Shown in pieces: positions 29,544 through 43,900 of a stretch of 64,000 bases of DNA. The stretch lies in the NCBI RefSeq assembly GCF_009914755.1, contig NC_060935.1, one strand, 5' to 3'. Below the pieces are notes generated by a model. The model was not told the origin of the DNA. It worked only from the letters and a program-made list of their open reading frames with translations, and made no database searches. Position numbers and translations under genes: made by a program. Each line of letters opens with the position of its first letter. The first letter of the stretch is position 1. This DNA is from the human T2T-CHM13v2.0 reference genome, Homo sapiens.

Positions 29544-30039
29544 CAGGTCGAGTATTCCTTATCCAAAATGACTGGGACCAGAAATGTTTTAGATTTGTGA
29601 TTTTTTTTTTCAGATTTTGGAATATTTGCATATACACAATGAGGTATCTTGGGATGGGACCCAAGTCTAAACACAAAATTCATGCACGTTTCAAACATAT
29701 ACATGAATAGACCCTTATATATATAGCCTGAGATTAATGTTATACATTATTCTTAATAATTTTGTGCCTAAAACAAGTTTGTGTTTTACACAAACATTGA
29801 GCCATCAGAAAGCAAAGGTATCACCACCACAGCCTGCCATGTGGACAGTTTGTGGTTGTTTGGCATCACCATCATTCCTAACCCTAAATTTATGTGCTGC
29901 CAATAAATGTTTTAACTGTGACCTGATACATGAGGTCAGACGTGGAATTTTCCACTGTAGTGTCATGTCAGCACCCAAAAAGTTTTGGATTTTGGAGCAT
30001 TTCAGATTTTAGATTTTCAGATTAGGCTTGTATAATCTG
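29544..30039. mobile_element. Tigger4 (MER46B-like) non-autonomous DNA transposon inside an L2
   Basis: TA|caggtcgagtattccttatccaaaa ... aatctg|TA; TA target duplication. Confidence 0.85.
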
Positions 30040-31689
30040 TACTACCTCCCTGACTTACCACTCGTAGGTCCTCCCATGAGCCCATGTCCCTCCCCTCCTG
30101 AAGAACTTTATAAGGGATGCCCTCTCCCTGTCTCCTCCCTTCCACTTGCCTAATTAGCTCCTAGTTTGCTCTTTCAAACCTCAGCTCTGCCACCTTTTTT
30201 CAGGGGAGCCTTTCCCAGCATGGTTAGGATGCCCTATTCTATGCTCTCCTGCACTCCGTGGACTTCCTTGTAAACTTTAATCAAGGTTGTGTTAAATGAT
30301 CAGCTGCAGGTTTGGTTATTTGATACTTTCTCCTACTATGCTGTAAACTTTGAGAATGGGTAGTGTGGCCCCATCTGGCTTGTTTATGACAGTGTCCTGG
30401 AACCTCCCTCAGGCCCCTAAGCAGACCCCCAACTATTTGTTGAAAATACACCAGTAAATATAATGGGAAGACAAATGGGGGAAGAGGCTGTTGTGGTTGA
30501 AATTAGGATGGAGCCTTTGGCTGAAGCAGGAATGTGGGGCCTGGGATACTTCCCACTAAGCCTGCCCCTTCCCCTCCACAGAGGTCCTGGAGGCACAGAG
30601 TGGAAAACACTCTGAAAAGCACTGTTGGAGATGATGGGATGATCTGACTAACAAAAGGCTTTGTTATTTGGCTTTGGGGTGAAGACTGTTATTCTCTTGG
30701 CCTGAGGAAACTTTCTTTTGCTTCATAGTCAAAAGAATGATCAAAGTAGCTTTGCGTAGACAGGAAGCATATTTCATTCATTTATTTCAACATCTTGTCT
30801 CTCTTGGGTAAGGAATGACTGTAAAAGACATCTGTAGGATGGTCAGAATTGTATTATTTTGTGCAAGACTAGATGTAGAGTAGATATTTCTTTGGAAAGT
30901 CATCCTGGCCTAGGCCCAGACCATCAGGAAGATTGCCTCTGTACTCTGTGGATCCATGCACACATGGCCCCATTCCTGGGTCTGGGATCATGTGACACAT
31001 GCAGATCATGTGACTCTAATACTCCTTCAGTGTGGTCAGCTATAATACAGTCAAGGAATCCCTATATCTGTTAAACAGGGTGAATGGAAGTGAAAATTAC
31101 CGTTTGACTGAGTAGCATTGCTGAAGAAAATCAGTAGAAGTGGTCCAAGATCCTTTCGCATTGTCTCAGTTCTAAATGTTGTAAACTTTCAAATTACTGA
31201 AACTCTGGGTTTCAGTATCCAACCCCTTCAAGGCCAGCTGAAAATCAACAACAGAGTGGGTTAAAATAAAAGAAGCATGTCTGTGCAATCCCAAATTAAA
31301 GCGAAAATATGTGCTGGCCAAAAGTAAGTCATTTTTCAGCCTCAAAATATTTTTTCCAAATTCTAAGATCCTGCATTTGACATGTTTAAGAGGGAGATAT
31401 AACAGCTGAAGTTGTCTTTGTTCAGAATGTAGGAGACAGTTTTGTCTAGACTTTCAGGAAAGATATAGAATGACATTTTCAGAACAAATCAAAATATATT
31501 TTTAAATTCCTTTTTCCCCTTCACAAAGAGGATCTGACATGCTTCTGTGATTTGAATTTGGCTGATCTATAAATGGCCTCAATAGTTTAACATGAAAAGT
31601 AGAGTAAAATAAACCATTGAGAAAAGTTATTAAAATACTGTTAGTTCACTTTCTTACCTTCACAATAACCTTACCACCAAAAACAATTT

Positions 31690-31915
31690 AGTAACTAATA
31701 TTGAGTGGAGTGGTTTCTAGGTATGTGTTAATCTCTTGACATACATTTTCTGACTTAGTTCTCACCACAACCCCATAAAGCAGGTATTGCTGTTATGTTA
31801 ATTTTCTCATGAAGACAGAGAGAGTTGGGGTGACTCACTCAAAGCCACAAAGCCAAGCAGGGACTATGTCTGACTGATCTCCCAAACCTGCCTTCCTGCC
31901 CTCCTCACCACTGTG
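31690..31915 (-). mobile_element. MIR abutting the exon 4 acceptor
   Basis: ttctcaccacaaccccataagcaggtattg..gtgactcactcaaagccaca..tctgact. Confidence 0.65.
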
Positions 31916-31937
31916 CTTGGGTCTTCTTTCTTCACAG

Positions 31938-32011
31938 GGCCAGCATCGTACAAAAACGCATTATTTATTTTCAAGATGAGGGCTCTCTGACCAAGAAACT
32001 TTGTGAACAAG
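31938..32011 (+). CDS. SPON1: SPON1 internal coding exon (probable exon 4), end of reeler domain; 74 nt, phase 2 to phase 1
   Basis: Acceptor ttctttcttcacag|G and donor AAG|gtaaga. Reads (xx)G GCC AGC ATC GTA... = ASIVQKRIIYFQDEGSLTKKLCEQ. Confidence 0.97.
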
Positions 32012-32999
32012 GTAAGACCCTGTGGGTGGGGAGGGGGAGGGGCAGAGACATGGAAGGCAGCTCCTCCTGCACGATCCTCCTGCTGCAAGAATTAAGGCCC
32101 CTGGGCTTCGTGAGTTCCTCTGGGTTCTGCTTCCTCACGTAGCTCCGATTTTTAATCTGGCTGTGTGCTGTGGGTAATTGGATCCGCCTTAAGCTCTAAT
32201 TACTCAGCTTGATTCCCTGGGTAGAAGATAATGTACCTTATATTGGTGTCGTCTTCTTATTTTTGTGAAACAGTGATTATTCTGAAGAGGTTCCTTGGAA
32301 TAATTCACAGGACTTAATTAAGGAATGCACAATTGTGTACCTTTAAAAAGTCTGTAATGGTTCTTTGGAAAAAAATCACCAGCAAGATCTTGTGTGGCAC
32401 CCAGACAATATGGGAGGATTTTCTCCAGAGAAGCCCAGCAGGGGATGGGGATGCCAAGGGGGTGTTGACCTTGTGATATCACCACATTCAAGGATCTAGT
32501 CCTTAGATTTGCAAACTTATCAACCTTCTCTCCTTAGGTTGAAGGTATTGTAACAAAGCTCATGGAGGCTAACTAGACTCGGGGGATAAAGCAGAGACCT
32601 GAGTTTAGATCAGGCCCAGGTTCGGATCTGCCTCTGCCCCTTCTAGCCATGTGACTTAAATAGATAAAATAGTACAGTACCTCCTTGACACATAGTAAAT
32701 GCTGTCTATAGAATAGATAGCTCTTGTTATCTATATCTGAAAGCTTATTCATTAATCTACTGCAAAAAAAATTGACCTTAAACATCGGAATGTTTTTAAA
32801 AGTTACTGGATAACTAAATAAAAATAAAAAATGCTCTATATTTATACAGCATAACAATCTCATTTCTATTTAATTTTGCAGAATTTTTATTTGCATTTAG
32901 AGCAATTAGTGTTTGGAGAAGAAATAATCCTCTCCAACTATAGCAAAGTATAAGCTACTAAGAAAAAGAAAGGTTGATAAAGGTCTTCGGGGAAAACAA

Positions 33000-33235
33000 T
33001 AATAATAGGTAATATGTTTGGGGTGCTTTGCTACGTGCCAATAACTATTTTAAGCACTTCATATGCATTAATTTTATAATCTGCACAGCAGCCCTATATG
33101 GTAAAGATTATTATTATATTTTTATTTTATGGATGAGGGGCCTGACACAAAAAATTTAAATAGCTTTCTTAGCATCATATACTCATGGTGGAAGGCTGGG
33201 TTTGAAGTCAGGAGCCAATGCCCTTAACCATTGCT
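33000..33235 (-). mobile_element. MIR
   Basis: ctacgtgcca..taatctgcacagcagccctat..attttatggatgagg. Confidence 0.7.
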
Positions 33236-33989
33236 TTCTAGCAAAGCAACTGCTTCCCAGTTCAGTAGTTCTTATCATTGCCTTTGACAGATCAATGCAT
33301 TGTCCTCCTGTAGATGAGCTGAGCAGAAACTAGGTCCCCTGTTTGGAATTGTTTAGAGAACATGGCAATAGCAAAGGAGAGAGAGAGTTGGATACCTTGC
33401 ATTAGGATCATACCTCCCAGAGGGGCTGGAGAGCTGGAATCTGCAGTCCAGAGAACCCTGGCCAGCTTCCACATGGACACCACCACACGTGTCTTCTGAG
33501 GCTTTTCTTTTTTGTGTTCAACTGCCTGCAAGTTCACTCAGCCTTTCTCTACACAGGGAGCATCTCCACTTATTAAGCTCTTGGTTCCTCAATGACAATC
33601 CCATCCCTGCTGTATCTTCATGTGATGAGATCCAGGTGCTGTGGTGGACTTGTGGGTGTTTTGGATCACACATTTCCAAGACACCTCTTGTAAATGCCTT
33701 AGACAAGTCTTCACATAACATCAGGATTGAGACTTTGGGAAGTGCACATTAGTTAATGATTGATGTCAGTACATGAGGGTGTCAGTGAAGTATCTCCTAA
33801 GAACCCTCAGCTCCTGAAAATAAGGCTGTCCTCCGACAGTCAAACTGACAAAACCACACCACAGTGCCTGGGGAGAAGACCTAGAGCTGCACAGATGAAA
33901 AGCAAAGGCAAACAATAGTTTTAAAAAGCAAGATAAACAATAGGTTACTTCCAATTAAGAACAGAGAAACAAAATATTCAAAAAAGTGA

Positions 33990-34377
<388 letters not shown>

Positions 34378-35154
34378 CTGCATACACATACTTTAATACC
34401 ATGTCACAAGCAATTAAATGAAAGAGACAAAAAAAAAAGGAAAAAGGAAGGGAAACGCAGAAAAAAGAGAAAAATGTCAACAGAAACAGGATAATGAGAA
34501 AAGGAAGAAAAAGGGAAGAGGAACAAAGAATACAGGAAGAGAGTTGCAAAGGAAGTCAGTGGATTTCAAGTAGAAATGGGGAGAGAGGGCGGCTCTGGAG
34601 ATGCTCCATAGCCTGAAATTACCCATGGTTGGCAGACCCTGCCTGCTGTGGTTAGAAGAGGAGTAAGTGGACGATTCTTATCACTGCCCTTTGAAAGCCT
34701 GATTCATTTTCAATAGGCTTTTCCTTAGTAGGAAAACAGTATGTCTGTTTTTATTTTCAAACTGAAAAATTTATTTTTCAAATGGGAGCTTAAAAATGTA
34801 TTTTTCAAATGGAAGCTTATTTTCCTTTGAAAATCCAAAAGGTTTATTATGCATTCCTTTGAACCCTCAGAAATATCGTTAAGTTTACCACCTATATCCG
34901 AAAGCCCTTTTGATAAGGCAAAGCTACCAGTTGGCCTTCTTTTGGTTTTTGTAGAGACTATTGCTGCCTCATTTAATAGCCCCTAGTAGCTACAATTGAA
35001 ACCTCAGCATGTATCTCTGATTTAGAAATCGTAGAGCTATGTAGGGAGGCAATTTTTTTTTTAGCGCATCTTTCTTCATTGAAAAAAGCAATACAGAAAC
35101 AATAAAAAAGTTTTCTCTCTTTCCTATCTATGCAGACCTATCCAGATGAGGTCT

Positions 35155-35405
35155 TTCCTGGAGTAATGTAGTGCAGAGATTAAGGGTATGAGTCCTGGAC
35201 CCAAAAAGACCTGGCCTCCAGTTCTGCCTGCCCTGTTCACTAACCCTGTGACCTTGAACAGGTTACCTAATCTGCTTCAATTTACTGACCTGTAAAATGG
35301 GGATAGCAAAAGTACTTACCTCCTAGCATTGTTAGGATTAAACGAGACAATATATGGAAAGAAATCAGCAAATAAAAGGACTCAGTATTTTGTAGTTATT
35401 ATTAT
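35155..35405 (+). mobile_element. MIR
   Basis: tgtgaccttgaacagg..ctgtaaaatggggata..ggattaaacgaga. Confidence 0.8.
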
Positions 35406-36492
35406 GATGTCTCATCCTTTCATCTCCACCCTAGAACCTAGAATTCACTTCTATCCATCATGGATTTTATATATTTAAACCAAATCAACCCAGTAAATTC
35501 CAAAAGGAAGTCTTGTAAAATGCTCTTCCTAACACTCACAATGATTTTAACATTCTTTGCCACTACTCTTTGTATAATATTTAAGAATAAATGTCCAACT
35601 GCAAAGAAAAAAAAATTATGTTAATACTACTAGAGGAAGTGAAAAAAAGCAACTGAAGCAAGTTACATCTGTAGTCATTGTTTTCATCTTGCAGGAAGCA
35701 GAACAGACTAAAAGCAACAACGTGCAGCTAGAGATGTGGGTTTGACAATCGGAAATACTGAATTTATTCATGTAATCTCTCTTTCCCCACTTATCAGCTA
35801 TTCACAGCTAAAAATGAGGGCCGAGAGGGAATCTTAAGTTTTTCCTGGCTACTTCTATACCCAGAAGTACAGTAAACCTGAGCTTATGAACACATTTCCA
35901 CCCCCTACTCCTCCCAGTGAAGTCTCTGAAAGCATGATAAGAAGTGACGTGATTATATATGCATGCCTCTTTTTTTTCTCCCTTCAGTAATTCTTTATCT
36001 CTCTCCATTTATTTTCACTGCTCTGCTTCAAAGTCATTCCTTCTGGTCCTGTCATTTTGGTCCCAGAGAATATTTCCTAGAGAAAGCACACATGTGTATT
36101 CCTCCTAAAATTTGTTAGAGAAATCCTGTTGTGGGAGGGGTGGGGAAGGAGACCAGGATCCGGAAAGGATGATTGAGTGAATTTTACCCCTGATTTTTCA
36201 ACATAGCCCCCATCTTAAATATTCTCGAATAGCCTATGGGTTATTGCTCCCACAGATCTTCTCAATTTATTAGGGAAAAAGCTCTCTTTTTTTTTTTTCA
36301 AAATATTACCATACTTAGAGGCATACAAAATCCTTTATTGCCCAAGTACTGATCTGGCTCTAAGTCTTATTAACTAATGAAAGCTGCATCTTCTTTTCCT
36401 AAGGGTTAAGGATAAAATGAGACCATGATAGCACCACCTTATATACAACCCACGTTTACTTTCTAACTTGGTGACTTTTCTGACTGTTTCAG

Positions 36493-36615
36493 ATTCCACA
36501 TTTGATGGGGTGACTGACAAACCCATCTTAGACTGCTGTGCCTGCGGAACTGCCAAGTACAGACTCACATTTTATGGGAATTGGTCCGAGAAGACACACC
36601 CAAAGGATTACCCTC
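36493..36615 (+). CDS. SPON1: SPON1 internal coding exon (probable exon 5), start of spondin_N domain; 123 nt, phase 1 to phase 1
   Basis: Acceptor ttttctgactgtttcag|A and donor CTC|gtgagt. In frame with the previous exon: (G)AT.. = DSTFDGVTDKPILDCCACGTAKYRLTFYGNWSEKTHPKDYP(R). Confidence 0.97.
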
Positions 36616-36619
36616 GTGA

Positions 36620-37122
<503 letters not shown>

Positions 37123-37395
37123 CCAGCATTGTGCTTTCTTATCTGTGATTTTTAAAAATATTCCCAAAGTCATGCTGCTTATATTCAGGTGAGGCATTTG
37201 GTAACCTCAATCCCCCTGCAATGACCCTGTCCATGAATTCCATGACAGACCTGCTGGAAATAGCGGCAAAAGGGACCTGCTCTTGACTCTATAGGTCAAG
37301 GTCAACAAATACTCTGCTATCATAGGTGTTAGTAATTAGTCAGCATGCCTTTTTTTTACTGACTTCAGATGCCACCTTGAAATCCCTTCATGAGG

Positions 37396-37691
37396 GGCCA
37401 AGCATGGTGGCTCAAGCCTGTACTCCCAGTGCTTTGGGAGGCTGATGTGGGAGGATCCTTTGAGGCCAGGAGTTAGAGACCTGCCTAGGCAACATAGCAA
37501 AATTCTAAAATTAGCTGGGCATGGTGGCACATGCCTGTAGTCCTGTAGTCTTGCCTGTAGTCCTAGCTACTCAAGAGGCTAAGGCAGGAGGATCTTAAGC
37601 CCAGGAGTTCAAGGCTGCAGTGAGCCATGACCACACCACTACACTCCAGCCTGGGCAGCAGAGCAAGACTCTGACTCAAAAAAAAAAAAAA
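37396..37691 (+). mobile_element. AluJ with internal cctgtagtc reiterations
   Basis: J-type dimer with A tail. Confidence 0.9.
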
Positions 37692-40600
37692 TCTTTTCAT
37701 AACATTGTTATCAAGATAGCCAATACAAAGCCATGAGAGTTGTCAGGAGACCCCAAACTTACTATTTTTTAAGTAGATCCTACTAATTCCACTTTATCAT
37801 ATAATTGTCTCAACAAACGCCTAACATGTGCCAGGCACTGTGCTCAGCTCTAGAGTTATAATACTGAACAAAAAAAAGATGCATCCCATATTCTCAAGCC
37901 ACTCAGCGGCTAGTGGAGAGACAGACACTAACCAAATAGTCATGCAGAAAGAGGTGAAGACTATAAGAAAAGTGGACTTACTGTGAACCAAGCATTTCTA
38001 CATATGTTATAGTGTTTAATCCTCAAAGTAATGTGTTTTTGTGGATAAGTTTACTGGGGAGGAGAGAGATGTCATGATTTGCCCACATTGAGATGTAAGT
38101 AATGGATCCAAGATCCAAAGGGGTTTTTCAGTCTCCTATGCCTGCCTTTTGTTTGGGTTGCGTGTTGCCCATTCTCTCTGTGGGTGGCAGGATGTCCATG
38201 TGTGGCACTGAGCCTGTTTTTTTCTGTTCATTGTCTGTTTTGTTCTTGTGCATTTTACTTTGGAGTTACCGCAGTTCAGGAAGAACAGTAGGAATGGGAG
38301 AGAGAGATTAAAAAGAGGGATTTGGCTCAGGTCCCAAAGGAAAGGGGGAGAAAAGGGCACATGATTGGACTTAAGAAGACTCAGACCAGATCAGAACCTC
38401 CATGATCCCCACGCAGCCCACCCAGAGGGGACTTCGACATTTGTTGACAAATCAAGAGCTCTATTGTTTAATGTTACCCACATGCAATCAAGGCTTGGGA
38501 TCTTAGAAGCCTCTTTCTAGTTCATTCTTCTGACTCTGAGATTCAGCCTGATCTGCATCAGCTGTGTGGGAGACCTGTGCGAAGAAACTTGGACTCTCTG
38601 CCTGGGGGAAAGAAAACATTTGGAACAAGCACGATGGAAAAATTTCCTCCAGCCTCTCCTATCCACTAACCAGAGGAAATAAAATGTTAGGGGCCCGTTA
38701 CTCATCTTTTGTGATCCTAAGAAGCTTCTTGACCTTTCCTATTCTGCCACTGTCATTTCCCAGAATTTAGGGAGGAGGTGAAAAAAAAAAATTGTTTCTG
38801 GGTCTTTGGGCCAAATCAAGTACAAATCTATACAGAGTTTCTGTGGAGTTGTTGAGAGTTTCTTAGTAAATATAGCAGACGTGTGTTCCAGATCTTCTAG
38901 GATTGTTCCATTTTTGACATGATGTCTCATAGACAATTGTCAGATTGTGTCCTAATTTTTGGTTGGAAAAATTTGGTCACTTGTACAGAATAGCACTTAA
39001 CATAGCATACTGTAGTTATTTTTTTAAAAGTCTTTCTTTCCCACTAGACCAAGAAGTCCTCCAGGACAAACGTGATGACGTGCTTATCTTTGATTCTTAG
39101 TGCCTGTTGTCTTCCCAAGCACTGTGTACTGATTGTTGAACTCCGAGTCACACTCATTATGACCTGGGAGGCAGATGTCTAGCCTTCAGCTAATTATGAT
39201 GGGCAGTATGGAGGAGAGTGTGAGTCAAACCTTCCATGGAGGAAAAGGAGTGAACACTCAGGGAGACTGGAGCCGTTTAAAAGGACATGGGGAGGATCTA
39301 ATCGGGATCTTGAAAATTTAATGTTCTCAAAAGTTATTTCTATCAGTCTTAAGTAATAGATGAATTTCTTTTTGCCACTGCAAAGATGATACTGTCTTGA
39401 TAACCATTCTCTATCATCATGCCCAGAGAAGCTTCCCACAATAGTGCAAACTGACAATTGCCAAGCCCCCCTGTCCTTTATTAGTCATCCAAAACACTGC
39501 TTTCTCTACAGTGATCTTAGGACAGTGGTTCTTAAGCTTTTAAATCTTAGGACCGCTTTTGTATGCTTAAAAAATCTTTGAGGATCCCAACATAAGTGGT
39601 TTATATGGGTTATAGCCATCAATCTTCCATGTATCAAAAACTAAAACAGAGAAATTGAAAAATATTATTTATTTTTAAAATAAACCTAGTAAATTAAAAA
39701 TAATAAACTTGTTCCAGGTTAATATAAAGAACATATTTTATGAAAATACCTATATTCAAAACAAAAGAAATGTGAAAAGAGGATCAATGTTTTACGTTTT
39801 TGCAACTGTCTTTTCTATCTGGCTTAATAGAATACACCTGGATTCCCATTTGCCTTTGCTTTTGCATTCAACTTAGATTCAAAATAGATTCAAATAGGTT
39901 CAAAAAATCTATTTTTTGGTTGAAGTATGCGGAGAAAATTCTGTCTCATATGGCTATGTAATTGGAAAAGGGAAGAGTATTTTAATAACCTTTTCTGATA
40001 ATTATGGATAATCTTTGATCCTACACCAGAACTCTGCAAATTGTTTTTTTAAAGGTTAATTACAATGTGGAATTTGAAACTATATCAATGAACTTGTACT
40101 CTTACATTAAAAGTCATTGCTTTACCTTCTACTTTGAATGGATCTTTTACAAATGCATGGTTTTGTAACATCTTACGTTGATCATTTGGAAAATATTGGT
40201 TTACTGAGTTATGCAGATTGTGCAAGTGTTGACACAGTTCATTAAACAATATGAAAAGCCATATCCATTAATATCACTACCAATCTCATCAGAAAAGTAT
40301 TTAATATTGGAAAGCTATCAAGTTCATAATAATGAACACAAGTTTTCTAAAATTCTGGGTTTTGCTTGAAAGCTTGAATTTTATCATTGGCAACAAATAC
40401 TGTCAGTTGTTTTCCTTGAAGTGACAGGATCACTTTATTTTTTAGAAAATGTAGGCCAAATTCCCAAGTCTGAATAACCATAATTTGTCTGTCATTTGTC
40501 CTTTCAAGTGAAAATGATGTTTTATGAACATAAAAAGCGGCTAGTCCAGCTTGCACCTCAAAGAGTCGCATAAGTGCTTTTATTCAAGACAATCACAGTA

Positions 40601-40959
40601 CTTCAGTATATAGCAGAAGTGCTTCTGCGTAGTTCCCAATTAGTCACACAGAAAAAATAAAAATATGTTTACTCAAAGGCAGAGATCTAATGAAATTAAT
40701 CATTTTTATTGTTTTTTCAAGGACATTCTTTTTTTTTTTAACTTTAAGTTCTGGGATATGTGTGCAGAATGTGCAGGTTTGTTACGTAGGTATACATGTG
40801 CCATGGTGGTTTTGCCGCACCTATCAACCCATTATCTAGGTTTTACGTCCCACATGCATTAGGTTATTTGTCCTAATGCTCTCCCTCCCCTTGCCCTGCA
40901 CTCCCCGACAGGACCAGGTGTGTGATGTTCCCCTCCCTGTGTCCATGTGTTCTCATTGT

Positions 40960-43900
40960 TCAACTCCCACTTACGAGTGAGAACATGCTGTGTTTGGTTT
41001 TCTGTTCCTGTGTTAGTTTGTTGAGGATGATGGTTTCCAGCTTCATCCATGTCCCTGCAAAGGACATGAACTCATTCTTTTTTATGGCTGCATAGTATTC
41101 CATGGTGTATATGTGATGCATTTTCTTTATCCAGTCTATCACTGATGGGCATTTGGGTTGGTTCCAAGTCTTTGCTGTTGTAAACAGTGCTGCAATAAGC
41201 ATAAATATGCATGTGTCTTTATAGTAGCATGATTTATAATCCTTTGGGTATATACCCAGCAATAGGATCACTAGGTCGAATGGCATTTCTGGTTCTAGAT
41301 CCTTGAGGAATTGCCACACTGTGTTCCACAATGGTTGAACTAATTTACACTCCCACCAACAGTGTGAAAGCATTCCTATTTCTCCACATCCTCTCCAGCA
41401 CCTGTTGTTTCTTGACTTTTTAATGATCACTATTCTAACTGGCATGAGATGGTATCTCATTGTGGTTTTGATTTGCATTTCCCTAATGACCAGTGATGAT
41501 GAGCTTTTTTTCATATGTTTGTTGGCCACATAAATGTCTTCTTTTGAGAAATGTCTGTTCATATCCTTCACCCACTTTTTGATGGGGTTGTTTTTTTCTT
41601 GTAAATTTGTTTGAGTTCTTTGTAATTCTGGAAATTAGCCCTTTGTCAGATGGATAGATTGCAAAAATTTTCTCCCACTCTGTAGGTTGCCTGTTCGCTG
41701 TGATGCTAGTTTCTTTTGCTGTGATGAAGCTCTTTAGTTTAGTAAGATCCCATTTGTCAATTTTGGCTTTTGTTGCAATTGCTTTTGGTGTTGTAGTCAT
41801 GAAGTCTTTGCCCATGCTTATGTCCTGAATGATATTGCCTAGATTTTCTTCTAGGGTTTTTATGCTTTTAGGTTTTACATTTAAGTCTTTAATAATCCAT
41901 CTTGAGTTAACTTTTGTATAAGATATAAGGAAGGGTCCAGTTTCTGTTTTATGCATATGGCTAGGCAGTTTTCCCAGCACCATTGATTAAATAGAGAATC
42001 CTTTCCCCACTGCTTTTTTTTTGTCAGATTTGTCAAAGATTAGAGGGTTGTAGATGTGTGGTGTTATTTCTGAGGCCTCTGTTCTGTTCCATTGATCTAT
42101 ATATCTGTTTTGGTACCAGTACCATGCTGCTTTGGTTACTGTAGGCTTGTAGTATAATTTGAAGTCAGGTAGCATGATGCCTCCAGCTTTGTTCTTTTTG
42201 CTTAGGATTGTCTTGGCTATACAGGCTCTTTTTTAGTTCCATACGAAATTTAAAGTAGTTTTTTCTAGTTCTGTGAAGAAACTCAATGGTAGCTTGATGG
42301 GAATAACATTGAATCTATAAATTACTTTGGGCAGTATGGCCATTTTCACAATATTAATTCTTCCTATCCATGAGCATGGAATTTTTTTCCATTTGTTTGT
42401 GTTCTCTCTTATTTCCTTGAGCAGTGGTTTGTAGTTCTCCTTGAAGAGGTCATTCATGTCCCTTGTAAGTTGTATTCCTAGGTATTTTATTCTCTTTGTA
42501 GCAATTGTGAACGGGAGTTCACTCATGATTTGGCTCTCTGCTTGCCTATTATTGGTGTATAGGAATGTTTGTGATTTTTGCACATTGATTTTGTATCCTG
42601 AGACTTTGCTGAAGTTGCTTATCAGCTTGAGATTTTAAGCTGAGATGATGGGGTTTTCTAAATATACAATCATGTCATCTGCAAACAGAGACAATTTGAC
42701 CTCCTTTCTTCCTATTTGAGTATGCTTTATTTCTTTCTCTTGCCTGATTGCCCTGGTCAGAACTTCCAATAGTATGTTAAATGGGAGTGGTGAGAGGGGG
42801 CATCCTTGTCTTGTGCTGGTTTTCAAGGGAAATGCTTCCAGCTTTTGCCCATTCAATATGATATTGGTTATGGGTCTGTCATAAATAGCTCTTATTATTT
42901 TGAGATATGTTCTATCAATACATAATTTACTGAGAGTTTTTAGCATGAAGCGGTGTTGAATTTTACTGAAGGCTTTTTCTGCATCTATTGAGATAATCAT
43001 GTGGTTTTTGTCATTGGTTCTGTTTATGGGATGGATTACATTTATTGATTTGCATATGTTGAACCAGCCTTGCATCCCAGGTATGAAGCCGACTTGATCA
43101 TGGTGGATAAGCTTTTTGATGTGCTGCTGGATTTGGTTTGCCGGTATTTTATTGAGGATTTTCACATCAATGTTCATCAGGGATATTGACCTAAAATTTT
43201 CTTTTTTTGTTGTGTCTCTGTCAGGTTTTGGAATTGGGATGATGCTGGCCTCAGAAAATGAGTTGGGGAGGAGTTCGTCTTTTTCTGTTGTTTGGAATAG
43301 TTTCAGAAGGAATGGTACCAACTCCTCTTTGTACCTCTGGCAGAATTCAGCTGTGAATCCGTCTGGTCCTGGGCTTTTTTTGGTTGGTAGGCTATTAATT
43401 AATGCCTCAATTTCAGAACTTGTTATTGGTCTATTCAGGGATTCAACTTCTTCCTGATTTAGTCTTGGGAGGGTGTATGTGTCCAGGAATTTATCCATTT
43501 CTTCTAGATTTTCTAGTTTATTTGTGTAGAGGTGTTTATAGTATTCTCTGATGGGAGTCTGTAGTTTTGTGGGATCAGTAGTGATATCCTTTATCATTTT
43601 TTATTGTGTCTATTTGATTCTTCTCTCTTTTCTTCTTTATTAGTCTGGCTAGCAGTCTATCTATTTTGTTAATTTTTTCAAAGAACCAGCTCCTGGATTC
43701 ACTGATTTTTTTTAAGGGTTTCCATGTCTCTATCTCCTTCAGTTCTGCTCTGATGTTAGTTATTTCTTGTCTTCTGCTAGCTTTTGAATTTGTTTACTCT
43801 TGCTTCTCTAGTTCTTTTAATTGTGATGTTAGGGTATCGATTTTAGATCTTTCCTGCTTTCTGATGTGGGATTTTGTGCTTATAAATTTCCCTCTTAACA

